Assembly: GCA_050633245.1 (NCBI GenBank)
Contig: JBOEGD010000001.1
Span: forward strand, 160,001-224,000
Source of the DNA: Calditrichia bacterium
GTDB taxonomy: Bacteria; Calditrichota; Calditrichia; RBG-13-44-9; J075
DNA: 64,000 nt
Direction: 5' to 3'
The number at the start of each line of letters is the position of its first letter. The first letter of the stretch is position 1. Of this stretch, positions 38,325 through 47,462 are shown one piece after another. The notes under the pieces are model-generated. The model was not told the origin of the DNA and searched no databases. It saw only the letters and a list, made by a program, of their open reading frames with translations. The translations under genes were made by a program, and so were the position numbers.

Positions 38325-38807
38325 ATGGATTTTCAGAAGATCGCCCCGGACGTTAAGCTGGCGAAAACAGCCAAAGTCTTCAGCTTTGTCAATCTATACG
38401 GTTGTGAGATTGGTGAGAATAGTAAGGTTGGCACTTTCGTAGAGATACAAAAAGGCGCAGTGGTCGGTGCGAATTGCAAAATATCCAGCCATTCATTTAT
38501 CTGCGAAGGCGTAACCATCGAAGACGGGGTTTTTATTGGACACGGCGTGATGTTCATAAATGATGTGTATCCACGCTCTACAACTGAAGACGGTGAATTG
38601 CAGACCGATAGCGATTGGGAATGCGTTCCCACCCGCATATGCGAACGCGCTTCAATTGGTTCAAATGCCACCATTCTCTGTGGCGTTACGGTTGGGAAAA
38701 ATGCAATAGTCGGTGCAGGAAGTGTTGTTACAAAGGATGTGCCCGAGAATACAATCGTTGCCGGAAACCCGGCGCGCGAGATACGACATATTGAGGAGAC
38801 CAAATAG
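38325..38807 (+). CDS. Hexapeptide-repeat N-acetyltransferase (WbpD/WlbB-like)
   Basis: EIQKG, CKISSHSFICEGV, FIND, ASIGSNATIL, VGAGSVVTKDVP, GNPA. Confidence 0.9.
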   Translation: MDFQKIAPDVKLAKTAKVFSFVNLYGCEIGENSKVGTFVEIQKGAVVGANCKISSHSFICEGVTIEDGVFIGHGVMFINDVYPRSTTEDGELQTDSDWECVPTRICERASIGSNATILCGVTVGKNAIVGAGSVVTKDVPENTIVAGNPAREIRHIEETK

Positions 38808-39932
38808 ATGCGAGTACCTTTTCTGGACTTGAAAGCTCAGTACAATAGCATTAACACGGAAGTTCATGAAGCCATTCAAAAAGTCATTGATAAAACTGCT
38901 TTTGCCGGAGGACCGTTTGTAAATGCCTTCGAAGAAGAATTTGCTTCCTATTGCACAACCGAATATGCCATAGGTTGCAGCAGCGGAACCTCTGCTCTTT
39001 GGTTGGCATTGGCAGCCCTTGGCGTTGGCCCGGGAGACGAAGTGATTACTGCGGCAAATACTTTTATTGCTACTGCGGAAGCGATCAGCTTTGCCGGTGC
39101 GACGCCTGTATTTGTCGATATTGAAGAGAACTCGTTTAATCTCGATGCCAGCTTACTTGAACAGGCTGTTACATCGCGCACCAAAGCCGTAATTCCGGTT
39201 CATTTGTTTGGCCAAATGGCAGACATGGATCCGATTATGGAAATTGCCCGTCGACATAATCTGTTTGTTATAGAGGATGCCAGCCAAGCTCACGGTGCAG
39301 AGTACAAAGGAAGGCGTGCCGGTTCCATTGGTGACATTGGCTGTTTTTCTTTCTATCCGGGGAAAAACCTTGGCGCATATGGAGAAGCAGGTGGCATTGT
39401 TACCAATAGTGCTGAGTGGGCTGCTAAAATGAAGATGATAAGAGATCACGGCCAGTCGAAAAAATATCATCATGAAATTATTGGATGGAATGGTCGAATG
39501 GATGGAATTCAGGGGGCAATACTCAGCGTAAAGCTGCGCCATCTGGAAACCTGGACAAATGGACGCCGTGCAAATGCCGGGCTCTATCAGAAATATCTCG
39601 CAGATACCGAGGGCGTGCTGCTGCCAAAGGAGGCTGACCAGGCTCGTCATGTGTATCATATATATGCGATTCGTACATCAAATCGTGATGAGTTGATGAA
39701 AAAACTCAGCGAAAAGGAAATCTATTGCGGTATTCACTACCCGATTCCACTGCATCTGCAAACTGCCTATAGCGATATGGGACATAAGCGCGGCGACTTT
39801 CCGGTTACGGAAGCCTGTGCCGATAGCTATATCTCACTACCCATGTTCGCAGAACTGACCGAAGAACAGATTGCTTTTACTGCAGCAACCATAAAGCAAT
39901 TGATGTCTGAAGAAGTGCCTGTTGGAGTATAG
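38808..39932 (+). CDS. DegT/DnrJ/EryC1/StrS sugar aminotransferase (WbpE/WlbC-like)
   Basis: PFLDL, PVHLFGQ, EDASQAHGA, SFYPGKNLGAYGEAG (PLP Lys), HYPIPLH. Confidence 0.93.
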   Translation: MRVPFLDLKAQYNSINTEVHEAIQKVIDKTAFAGGPFVNAFEEEFASYCTTEYAIGCSSGTSALWLALAALGVGPGDEVITAANTFIATAEAISFAGATPVFVDIEENSFNLDASLLEQAVTSRTKAVIPVHLFGQMADMDPIMEIARRHNLFVIEDASQAHGAEYKGRRAGSIGDIGCFSFYPGKNLGAYGEAGGIVTNSAEWAAKMKMIRDHGQSKKYHHEIIGWNGRMDGIQGAILSVKLRHLETWTNGRRANAGLYQKYLADTEGVLLPKEADQARHVYHIYAIRTSNRDELMKKLSEKEIYCGIHYPIPLHLQTAYSDMGHKRGDFPVTEACADSYISLPMFAELTEEQIAFTAATIKQLMSEEVPVGV

Positions 39933-39976
39933 AAAACGAGACGCAGGAAGATTGAAGGCGTAATATATTCGAAGGA

Positions 39977-42900
39977 TTGAATGCTATGTACACAGGGAAA
40001 AGTTTGCCGGATCTGCTGGCGGAAGGATTACAGCTGTGGCTAAAGGGACCCGATCAACTCGGGTTTAAGGCGCCGCGCGGCAAACTTTCTCCTGAGCTTA
40101 AAGAAAAGCTTATCGCTGCAAAGCCCGAGCTTTTGGTTACGCTGGAGCGAAACAGGAAATATGCGGCCTGTTCTTTCGCACAACACCGGCTGTGGTTTCT
40201 TGAGCAATTAGATGGCGCCAACCCTGTCTACAATATTCATGCTACCCATATGCTGGAAGGGGAACTGAATGTTGAGGCACTGCAAAACAGCATCACTAAG
40301 GTTCTTCAAAGGCATGATTCCCTGCGCACGGTGTTCGATGCCGCTGACGGTCAGCCGTTTCAGGTAATTGCTGATTCCGTTGAGTTTGAACTACAGCAAA
40401 CCGATTTAACCGCTGTTGAAGAAAGTCTGCGCGACGAGGCGATTGAGCACCATTTGCAAAAAGCCGCGGTAGACACGTTCGATCTACAGCAGGGGCCGTT
40501 GATACGGTTCAGCCTCTATAAACTTTCCGATACCCGCCATGCGTTTATGATTCTTACGCATCACATTATTTTTGATGGTATCTCACTCGGTCTATTGATC
40601 AATGAACTGAGTGCTTCTTATGAAGCACTAATTAGCGGAAAAGAACCGGATTTGCCGCAGCTGCAAAGTAGTTATGCTGATCACGTTAGCTGGCAGCGTC
40701 AGTGGTTTAGCGGCGACGTCGCTCAGAAACAATTGGACTATTGGAAAAATAAGCTGGCCGGTGACCTGGAATCGCTGAATTTGCCATTGGACTATCAGCG
40801 ACCGCAAATTCAGGATACGAGCGGCGATATTCTTTTCTCCGAGATTCCACAAGAGCTATTGAACCGGTTGGATGCTACAGCAAAGCAACACAAGGTCTCG
40901 CTGTTTATGCTGCTCGTTACAGCGGTTAACGTGTTGTTGTCTCGATACTGTAGTCAGGATGATATCTTGCTCGGCCTTCCGGTTGCCAATCGCTCGCGAA
41001 AAAAAGTTGAATCTACTGTCGGCTACTTTGCCAATACCCTGGTTTTGCGCACAAATCTGGCCGACGAACCTACCTTTGCAGAAATGCTACAGCGCGTTCG
41101 TACTGTTTGTTTGGATGCGTATAATCATGAAGATGCTCCATTTGAACAAGTTGTAAGTGCCGTTCAACCGGCTCAGGATCGTAGTCGGACACCACTCTTC
41201 CAGGCAATGGTTAGTTATGATGAAGCAGTTAATCATGCCCGAAAGCTTGGGGAAGTGACAATGGAGCGAATGCCGATAAGAAGCAGGGCAGCACGTACCG
41301 ACCTGACTATTTGGATGAGTAAAGAGATCGATTCTATTCGCTTTGCCTTTGAATATGCCACAAAGCTATTTCGCCCGGAGACTATCAGGCGGATGATGGA
41401 TGGATTCCTTGCGCTCCTTGAAGCTGTGGTATTAGATACTTCTTTGCCGATAAGCATACTTCCGGTAATAACCGCCGAAAATAAACACCAGCTGTTGAGA
41501 GAGTGGAACCAAACGCAAGCCGATGTGCCGACAAATTGCTGTTTCCATCAGCTGTTTGAAGAAAAGGCTAAGGAGAAACCCGGTCAGATAGCTGCTTCAT
41601 TTAATGGCAGTCAAATTAATTATGATGAGCTCAATAAAGCAGCAAATCGACTCGCAAATCTGCTGATAGGCTATGGTATTGAATCTGGCGACCTGCTCGG
41701 TATTTGTATGGATCGCTCCTTGAGCATGCTTATTGGCTTATTGGCTGCCCAAAAGATTGGTGCCACCTACATACCAATGGACCCGTCGTTTCCTGTAGAC
41801 CGCTTGCAATACATGTGCGAAGACGCTGATGTGAAGTGTATTCTTTCCGAGACCGTTTATGGCGAATTAGTAAGTGGTTTTTCCGGTGAACAAGTTTTCT
41901 ATGATCAGCTTGAAGAAGAGCTGATGCAACAGCCCGATCGCAATTTGGATATTCGAATCTCTCCTACGGCAGCGATGTACATGATTTATACTTCTGGTTC
42001 TACAGGAAGACCGAAAGGCGCTTTGCTGCCGCATTCTGCAGTTGTGAACTTTTTGAATTCAATGAGTAAGTCCCCGGGAGTGCAGGCCTCCGATCGGTTA
42101 TTAGCGATCACCACTCTGTCTTTTGATATTGCAGTCTTAGAACTTTACCTGCCGTTGATGCAGGGAGCCTGCGTTGTTATCGCAGATAGCAAGACGGTAA
42201 TGGATCCGCCTTCACTGAAGCTGCTTTTGAGCAACGAGAATATTACGGTAATGCAAGCAACACCCACAACTTGGCGGATGCTCCTGGAAACAAGCTGGAA
42301 TCCTCCACCGCAGTTTAAAGCTTTATGCGGTGGAGAAGCAATGCCACAGTCGTTGTGCAACAGCCTGCTGAAAAAAGGCGTGGAACTGTGGAATATGTAT
42401 GGTCCTACCGAAACATGCGTCTGGTCTTGCGTTCAAAGAATGCAGCCGGAGCATGACCGCATCCTTATTGGCAGGCCGATCGATAATACAACGATTTACA
42501 TTCTCGATAAGCATCTGAATCCCGTTCCGCAGGGAGTTGCCGGTGATCTGTGGATTGGCGGTGTCGGATTGGCGTTGGGCTATCATAACCGCCCTGAACT
42601 GACCGTAGAACGTTTTATTGATAATCCATTCTCAAGCGAGCCTGATTCAAGGCTATATAAAACGGGGGATTTAGCACGCTATGTAGCTGATGAAACGCTC
42701 GAATGTTTAGGCCGCGATGACTTCCAAATAAAGATACGCGGATATCGGATTGAACCCGGTGAAATTGAGGTGGCCTTAAAAAGCTATTCCGGGATTGAAC
42801 AAGCGGTTGTTACGGTAAAGACATTTTCTGAGGATGATGAAAGGCTGGTCGGCTACGTTATTTCAGAGAATCAAATTGAAGAACAACTACAATCGATTCG

Positions 42901-44191
42901 GCAACACATGAAAGAGGCGCTACCGGACTACATGATTCCCGCAGCAATAATGCAGCTCGATACAATTCCACTGACACCGAATGGTAAAATTGACAGAAAT
43001 GCGCTACCACTGCCACAGCCCAAGGTGTCCACTATTCCGATTGAGGTAAAGCGCCCGGTTACCAAATTGGAAGCGAAGCTGATCGCTATTTGGGAATCCG
43101 TTTTGATGGCGAAATCTATTGGAGTGAACGACAATTTTTTTGAGATTGGCGGACATTCATTACTGGCTGCGCGAATCTTTGCTCGAATTGAGAGTGAGTT
43201 GGGTAAAAAATTGCCGCTGGCCACGCTCTTTACCGTACAAACGATTGCCGGACTCGCCGCAGCGATGCAGGAAGAAACGGTCTCTTCAGACTGGTCTTCG
43301 CTGGTGCCAATCCAAACCTCTGGTGACCGTCCACCGTTGTTCTTAATTCACGGTGCCGGTGGGAATGTGCTGCTTTATCGCGACTTAGCTCATTATTTAG
43401 GAGACGATCAGCCCGTTTATGGTCTGCAGGCCCAAGGGCTCGATGGCTCGATGAATTATCTGACTCGTTTTGAAGAGATGGCTGAGCGTTACATCTCCGA
43501 AATCAGAGCTCAACAGCCGAGTGGACCATATTACTTGGGTGGTTATTGTCTTGGCGGCACTCTGGCGTTTGAAGTGGCTAAGCAGCTAACGAGTGTCGGA
43601 GAGCAGGTTGCACTCGTGGCCATGTTCGAGACATTTAACATACATGTGCTGAATAAAAAAGTTCACTCGAAGCCTTACCAGATTCTACACAAAATGCAAA
43701 ATTGGAAGTTTCACTTTGAGAATCTGATGGCACTGGATGCAAAGAGTCGTGCAGACTTCTTCCTCGAAAAAGCACGCGTAGAACGCAGCAGGGCCAAGGC
43801 TTCGCTGGAAGTTGGCGTGAACAATCTTTTTCGAAAGTTAGGCCGTGCCAATCTTGTCGAAGACAAGCCGGCTCCCGTTATTCTCGACCCTATTAATGAT
43901 CGCGCACAATATCACTATGTGCCAACACCATACTCAGGGCGCATAACCCTTTTCCAACCGGTAAAAAGTTTCGCAGGATTCGAGGATGAATTCAGTGGTT
44001 GGAGTGGACTTGCGGAAGGTGGAATTGACCTTCAGGAAATGCCGTTAAGGCCGCGTGGCATGATGGTGGAACCGTTTGTTAAACTTTTAGCTGAAAAACT
44101 AAACGTTTGTATAAGCAAAAGTAGGCGAACCTATTTTGCTCAAGAAACCAATGACCCTAAAAAGACAGGAATGTCTGATGAAGCGAGATAG
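39977..44191 (+). CDS. Single-module non-ribosomal peptide synthetase: TubC-type docking domain, C, A (predicted Gly), T, TE-like
   Basis: SFAQHRLWFL, RHDSLRT, HHIIFDG (C); YTSGSTGRPKG, SFDI, YGPTE, YKTGDLAR, KIRGYRIE, NGKIDR (A); NFFEIGGHSL (T); LFLIHGAGG, GGYCLGG (TE). Confidence 0.95.
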   Translation: MNAMYTGKSLPDLLAEGLQLWLKGPDQLGFKAPRGKLSPELKEKLIAAKPELLVTLERNRKYAACSFAQHRLWFLEQLDGANPVYNIHATHMLEGELNVEALQNSITKVLQRHDSLRTVFDAADGQPFQVIADSVEFELQQTDLTAVEESLRDEAIEHHLQKAAVDTFDLQQGPLIRFSLYKLSDTRHAFMILTHHIIFDGISLGLLINELSASYEALISGKEPDLPQLQSSYADHVSWQRQWFSGDVAQKQLDYWKNKLAGDLESLNLPLDYQRPQIQDTSGDILFSEIPQELLNRLDATAKQHKVSLFMLLVTAVNVLLSRYCSQDDILLGLPVANRSRKKVESTVGYFANTLVLRTNLADEPTFAEMLQRVRTVCLDAYNHEDAPFEQVVSAVQPAQDRSRTPLFQAMVSYDEAVNHARKLGEVTMERMPIRSRAARTDLTIWMSKEIDSIRFAFEYATKLFRPETIRRMMDGFLALLEAVVLDTSLPISILPVITAENKHQLLREWNQTQADVPTNCCFHQLFEEKAKEKPGQIAASFNGSQINYDELNKAANRLANLLIGYGIESGDLLGICMDRSLSMLIGLLAAQKIGATYIPMDPSFPVDRLQYMCEDADVKCILSETVYGELVSGFSGEQVFYDQLEEELMQQPDRNLDIRISPTAAMYMIYTSGSTGRPKGALLPHSAVVNFLNSMSKSPGVQASDRLLAITTLSFDIAVLELYLPLMQGACVVIADSKTVMDPPSLKLLLSNENITVMQATPTTWRMLLETSWNPPPQFKALCGGEAMPQSLCNSLLKKGVELWNMYGPTETCVWSCVQRMQPEHDRILIGRPIDNTTIYILDKHLNPVPQGVAGDLWIGGVGLALGYHNRPELTVERFIDNPFSSEPDSRLYKTGDLARYVADETLECLGRDDFQIKIRGYRIEPGEIEVALKSYSGIEQAVVTVKTFSEDDERLVGYVISENQIEEQLQSIRQHMKEALPDYMIPAAIMQLDTIPLTPNGKIDRNALPLPQPKVSTIPIEVKRPVTKLEAKLIAIWESVLMAKSIGVNDNFFEIGGHSLLAARIFARIESELGKKLPLATLFTVQTIAGLAAAMQEETVSSDWSSLVPIQTSGDRPPLFLIHGAGGNVLLYRDLAHYLGDDQPVYGLQAQGLDGSMNYLTRFEEMAERYISEIRAQQPSGPYYLGGYCLGGTLAFEVAKQLTSVGEQVALVAMFETFNIHVLNKKVHSKPYQILHKMQNWKFHFENLMALDAKSRADFFLEKARVERSRAKASLEVGVNNLFRKLGRANLVEDKPAPVILDPINDRAQYHYVPTPYSGRITLFQPVKSFAGFEDEFSGWSGLAEGGIDLQEMPLRPRGMMVEPFVKLLAEKLNVCISKSRRTYFAQETNDPKKTGMSDEAR

Positions 44192-45140
44192 CAAAGTCAA
44201 AAAGTTGTATTATATGGCACGGCCGGTAATTCCGCGTCGGATTCAGCTGTCTGCCAGAAGAAAGCTAATAGCGCGACAACGCGAGCAGTTCCGCGAAAGC
44301 TGGCCGATTTTGAAAAGCGCATCTAAGCCACCAATGGGTTGGCGGGGATGGCCGGAGGGCAAACGCTTTTCAGTGGTTTTGACGCATGATGTGGAAACAT
44401 ATCGCGGACATGAACGCTGTATGAGGCTAATGGATCTGGAGAAAAAGCTGGGATTTCGTTCCTCATTTAACTTCGTTCCAGAACGGTATGACGTTTCACC
44501 GGATTTACGCAGCCAACTACAGTTGCATGGGTTCGAGGTGGGTGTGCATGGTCTGAACCATGATGGAAAACTGTATCGCAGCAAAAAAACCTTTCGAGAA
44601 CGAGCAAAGAAGATAAATCAATATTTGGAAGAATGGCAGGTCTCGGGATTCCGCTCACCGGCGATGCATCATAATTTGGATTGGATACGGATGTTAAATA
44701 TCGAATATGATTGTTCTACATTCGATACCGATCCGTTTGAACCGCAATCGGATGGTGTTGCAACTATCTTTCCGTTTTGGGTGGAAAGTGCTCGTGACGA
44801 AAAAGGTTTTGTTGAAATGCCTTATACCCTGGCTCAGGACTTTACTCTTTTTGTGCTAATGCAGGAAAAAACGATTCATCTTTGGCAGCAAAAGCTGGAT
44901 TGGATTGCCGAAAACGGCGGAATGGTGCTGATAAATACCCACCCGGATTACATGCGATTTGGTAGCGCCAAGCCGGGAATTGAAGAATATTACGTCGATC
45001 GATATGTCGAATTATTGTCTTATATAAACGAGCGATATGCGGGTGATTTCTGGCATGTTTTACCTTTGGAGATGGCGCGATATTGGTCAGAATACGTAGA
45101 ATCGGATAAAAATACATCCGATATCGGTTTTGTTTTATAA
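44178..45140 (+). CDS. Polysaccharide deacetylase-family (CE4-like) protein overlapping the NRPS stop codon
   Basis: WP.GKRF...LTHDVE, EVGVHG.NH, GFRSP, YDCS, NTHPDY. ATG 44178 overlaps the NRPS end by 14 nt. Confidence 0.82.
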   Translation: MKRDSKVKKLYYMARPVIPRRIQLSARRKLIARQREQFRESWPILKSASKPPMGWRGWPEGKRFSVVLTHDVETYRGHERCMRLMDLEKKLGFRSSFNFVPERYDVSPDLRSQLQLHGFEVGVHGLNHDGKLYRSKKTFRERAKKINQYLEEWQVSGFRSPAMHHNLDWIRMLNIEYDCSTFDTDPFEPQSDGVATIFPFWVESARDEKGFVEMPYTLAQDFTLFVLMQEKTIHLWQQKLDWIAENGGMVLINTHPDYMRFGSAKPGIEEYYVDRYVELLSYINERYAGDFWHVLPLEMARYWSEYVESDKNTSDIGFVL

Positions 45141-45250
45141 GATGTTTGATGAGGTTTACACGCTTTCCCGGGATGGATAGCAGGTGATGTAAAGAGGAAA
45201 TAGAGAAAGCAATAAGTCTGTTTTATGCAGACTCTTATGGAAGGAAAGAA

Positions 45251-46513
45251 ATGAAACGCATCGCAATGGTTGTGTATTCCTATTATCCCAGTGACCCGCG
45301 GGTAACGCGGGAGGCGCTTGCCCTTAGCGAGAAAGGTTATGAAGTAGACATTATTTGTCTAAGAGGAGAATCTGAAGCAGCAAAAGAAACGGTTGATGGA
45401 ATTACAGTTTACCGGTTGAATATGAGTCGCCATCGTGGCAATATGCTGCGGTATCTGTGGGCATACTTCTCGTTTCTTATGCGTTCTTTTGTAAAGCTGA
45501 GTCTGAAACAACTTAAGAAAAGCTACGACATTGTTCACGTCCACAACATGCCCGATATCTTGGTCTTATCGGCACTGCTTCCAAAGTTAATGGGAGCCAA
45601 AATTGTTCTGGATCTGCACGATCCCATGCCGGAAGTATTCATCGCAAAGTTTGAGTCTGGCTACAGTCATCCGCTAATTCGCTTATTAATGATGATGGAA
45701 AAGTTTAGTGTCGGTTTCTCGAACCTTGTGCTTACCCCTAACCTGGCATTTCGGGATCTGTTTATCAAACGAGGTTGTCCGGACTGGAAAATTCACATTG
45801 TAATGAATTCTCCTGTCGAGGAAATCTTTGATGAGAAACTTAATGCTTTGGCATCTTCTGCTGAGAGGCTTGATGACGCGCCTGAGCCCTTTGTGGTAAT
45901 GTATCACGGAAGCGTAGTACGACGTCATGGATTAGACGATGCCGTAAAAGCCGTTAAGTTGCTAAAGGACAAAATTCCAATGCTGCACTTTAACGTTTTT
46001 GGCGGGGGCGAGTTTGTAGAGCCTTTCAAAAAGGTCGTGCGTGATGAAGGTGTGTCTTCACATGTTACCTACTTCGGTGGAGTGAGTATTGAGCGTATTG
46101 CCAGAGAAATTGCGCGCGTTGATGTTGGGATTATTCCGAATAAAAGAAGCCCGTTTACCGATATCAACCTGCCAACCCGTATTTTTGAGTATCTATCAAT
46201 GAAAAAGCCGGTTATCGCTTGCCGAACGCACGGGATCCAGGATTATTTTTCCGAGGATGAAATCCACTTCTTTGAGCCAGGAAATATTACAGATCTTGCG
46301 CGAGTGATCGGAGATATTTACGACAACCGTGAGCGAGCTTTGGCCGTTATGCAGCGCGGACAGGCAGTCTATAATTCCTATCGGTGGACAAAGCAGAAAG
46401 ACTACCTGGTACGTTTGGTCGATGCTTTGCTTGCGGATGGAATAAAGCAGATTCAACCGGAGCTTCCGGAAGATATAACTCGTGACGTAGTGGATGCACC
46501 CTTTTCAGGGTAA
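45251..46513 (+). CDS. GT4 glycosyltransferase
   Basis: YP.DPRV.REA, HVHNMPD, LDLHD..PE, YHGS, PTRIFEYLSM. Confidence 0.92.
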   Translation: MKRIAMVVYSYYPSDPRVTREALALSEKGYEVDIICLRGESEAAKETVDGITVYRLNMSRHRGNMLRYLWAYFSFLMRSFVKLSLKQLKKSYDIVHVHNMPDILVLSALLPKLMGAKIVLDLHDPMPEVFIAKFESGYSHPLIRLLMMMEKFSVGFSNLVLTPNLAFRDLFIKRGCPDWKIHIVMNSPVEEIFDEKLNALASSAERLDDAPEPFVVMYHGSVVRRHGLDDAVKAVKLLKDKIPMLHFNVFGGGEFVEPFKKVVRDEGVSSHVTYFGGVSIERIAREIARVDVGIIPNKRSPFTDINLPTRIFEYLSMKKPVIACRTHGIQDYFSEDEIHFFEPGNITDLARVIGDIYDNRERALAVMQRGQAVYNSYRWTKQKDYLVRLVDALLADGIKQIQPELPEDITRDVVDAPFSG

Positions 46514-46558
46514 AAAGCTTATCCAAGAGCGCTAAATGAACAACAGGCTGATGCAAAT

Positions 46559-47431
46559 ATGAAGTATACCTTAATTACTCCGGCTCGCAATGAAGAGGCC
46601 TATTTGGAAAAAACGATTCAGACCGTTATTGCACAAACAATCCTGCCGCAGCGCTGGGTAATTGTCAGCGATGGCTCGACGGATCGGACAGATGAAATAG
46701 CCGGTAAATACGCAGCAGAATACGATTTCATTCAGTTGATTGCCAATGATGCAGATGCCGAGCGCAATTTTGGCTCGAAATCGAAAGCTATCGAGTATGG
46801 CTATAAACAACTTTCCGGAATCGATTACGATTACATCGGAAATCTTGATGCCGATGTCGCCTTTGCCCCAAATTATTACGAGCAAATTCTGACGAAATTT
46901 GAAGAAAATCCGAAACTTGGAGTAGCGGGAGGCATTCGATATGATCTGGTCTCGGGTGAAACGTTTGAAAAAGTAATGTGCGCTAAAAATAGTGTCGGTG
47001 GACCATTTCAACTTTTTCGACGGGAATGTTATGAAAAAATCGGCGGTTACTTGCCATTAAAATACGGTGGTGTCGATGCCGTTGCCGAAACGATGGCCAG
47101 GATGCATGGCTGGCAAGTTCAGTCATTTGATGAGTATCGTGTTAACCATTTTCGTCGCACCGGAACTGCCGGGCGCGGCATTATCCACGCGCGATTTCGC
47201 GCCGGAATTAAAGACTACCTGATCGGTTATCATCCCCTTTTTCAACTGCTTCGAGGAACATATCATATGCTGGGCAGCCCGTTTCTAATCGGTGGAGCTG
47301 CATTTCTAAGCGGCTACTTTTGGGCAGCATTGCGTCGCTTAAAACGTCCGGTTTCTGATGAGTTTGTCAGCTACCTGCGTACCGAGCAAATGGCGCGGCT
47401 ACGTGGCAAGAATGCGGCTTTTCGCTTATAG
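46559..47431 (+). CDS. GT2 glycosyltransferase
   Basis: ITPARNE, VSDGSTDRT, NLDAD, FRRECY..IGG, GYHP. Confidence 0.92.
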   Translation: MKYTLITPARNEEAYLEKTIQTVIAQTILPQRWVIVSDGSTDRTDEIAGKYAAEYDFIQLIANDADAERNFGSKSKAIEYGYKQLSGIDYDYIGNLDADVAFAPNYYEQILTKFEENPKLGVAGGIRYDLVSGETFEKVMCAKNSVGGPFQLFRRECYEKIGGYLPLKYGGVDAVAETMARMHGWQVQSFDEYRVNHFRRTGTAGRGIIHARFRAGIKDYLIGYHPLFQLLRGTYHMLGSPFLIGGAAFLSGYFWAALRRLKRPVSDEFVSYLRTEQMARLRGKNAAFRL

Positions 47432-47462
47432 CACTATAAATTAGCATTAATTAGCAGGGAAT

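Noticed and set aside
38333-38803. 156-aa antisense ORF, and the many other short overlapping ORFs in the track
   Set aside because: They are shadows of well-supported genes on the opposite strand or in another frame and have no motifs of their own.
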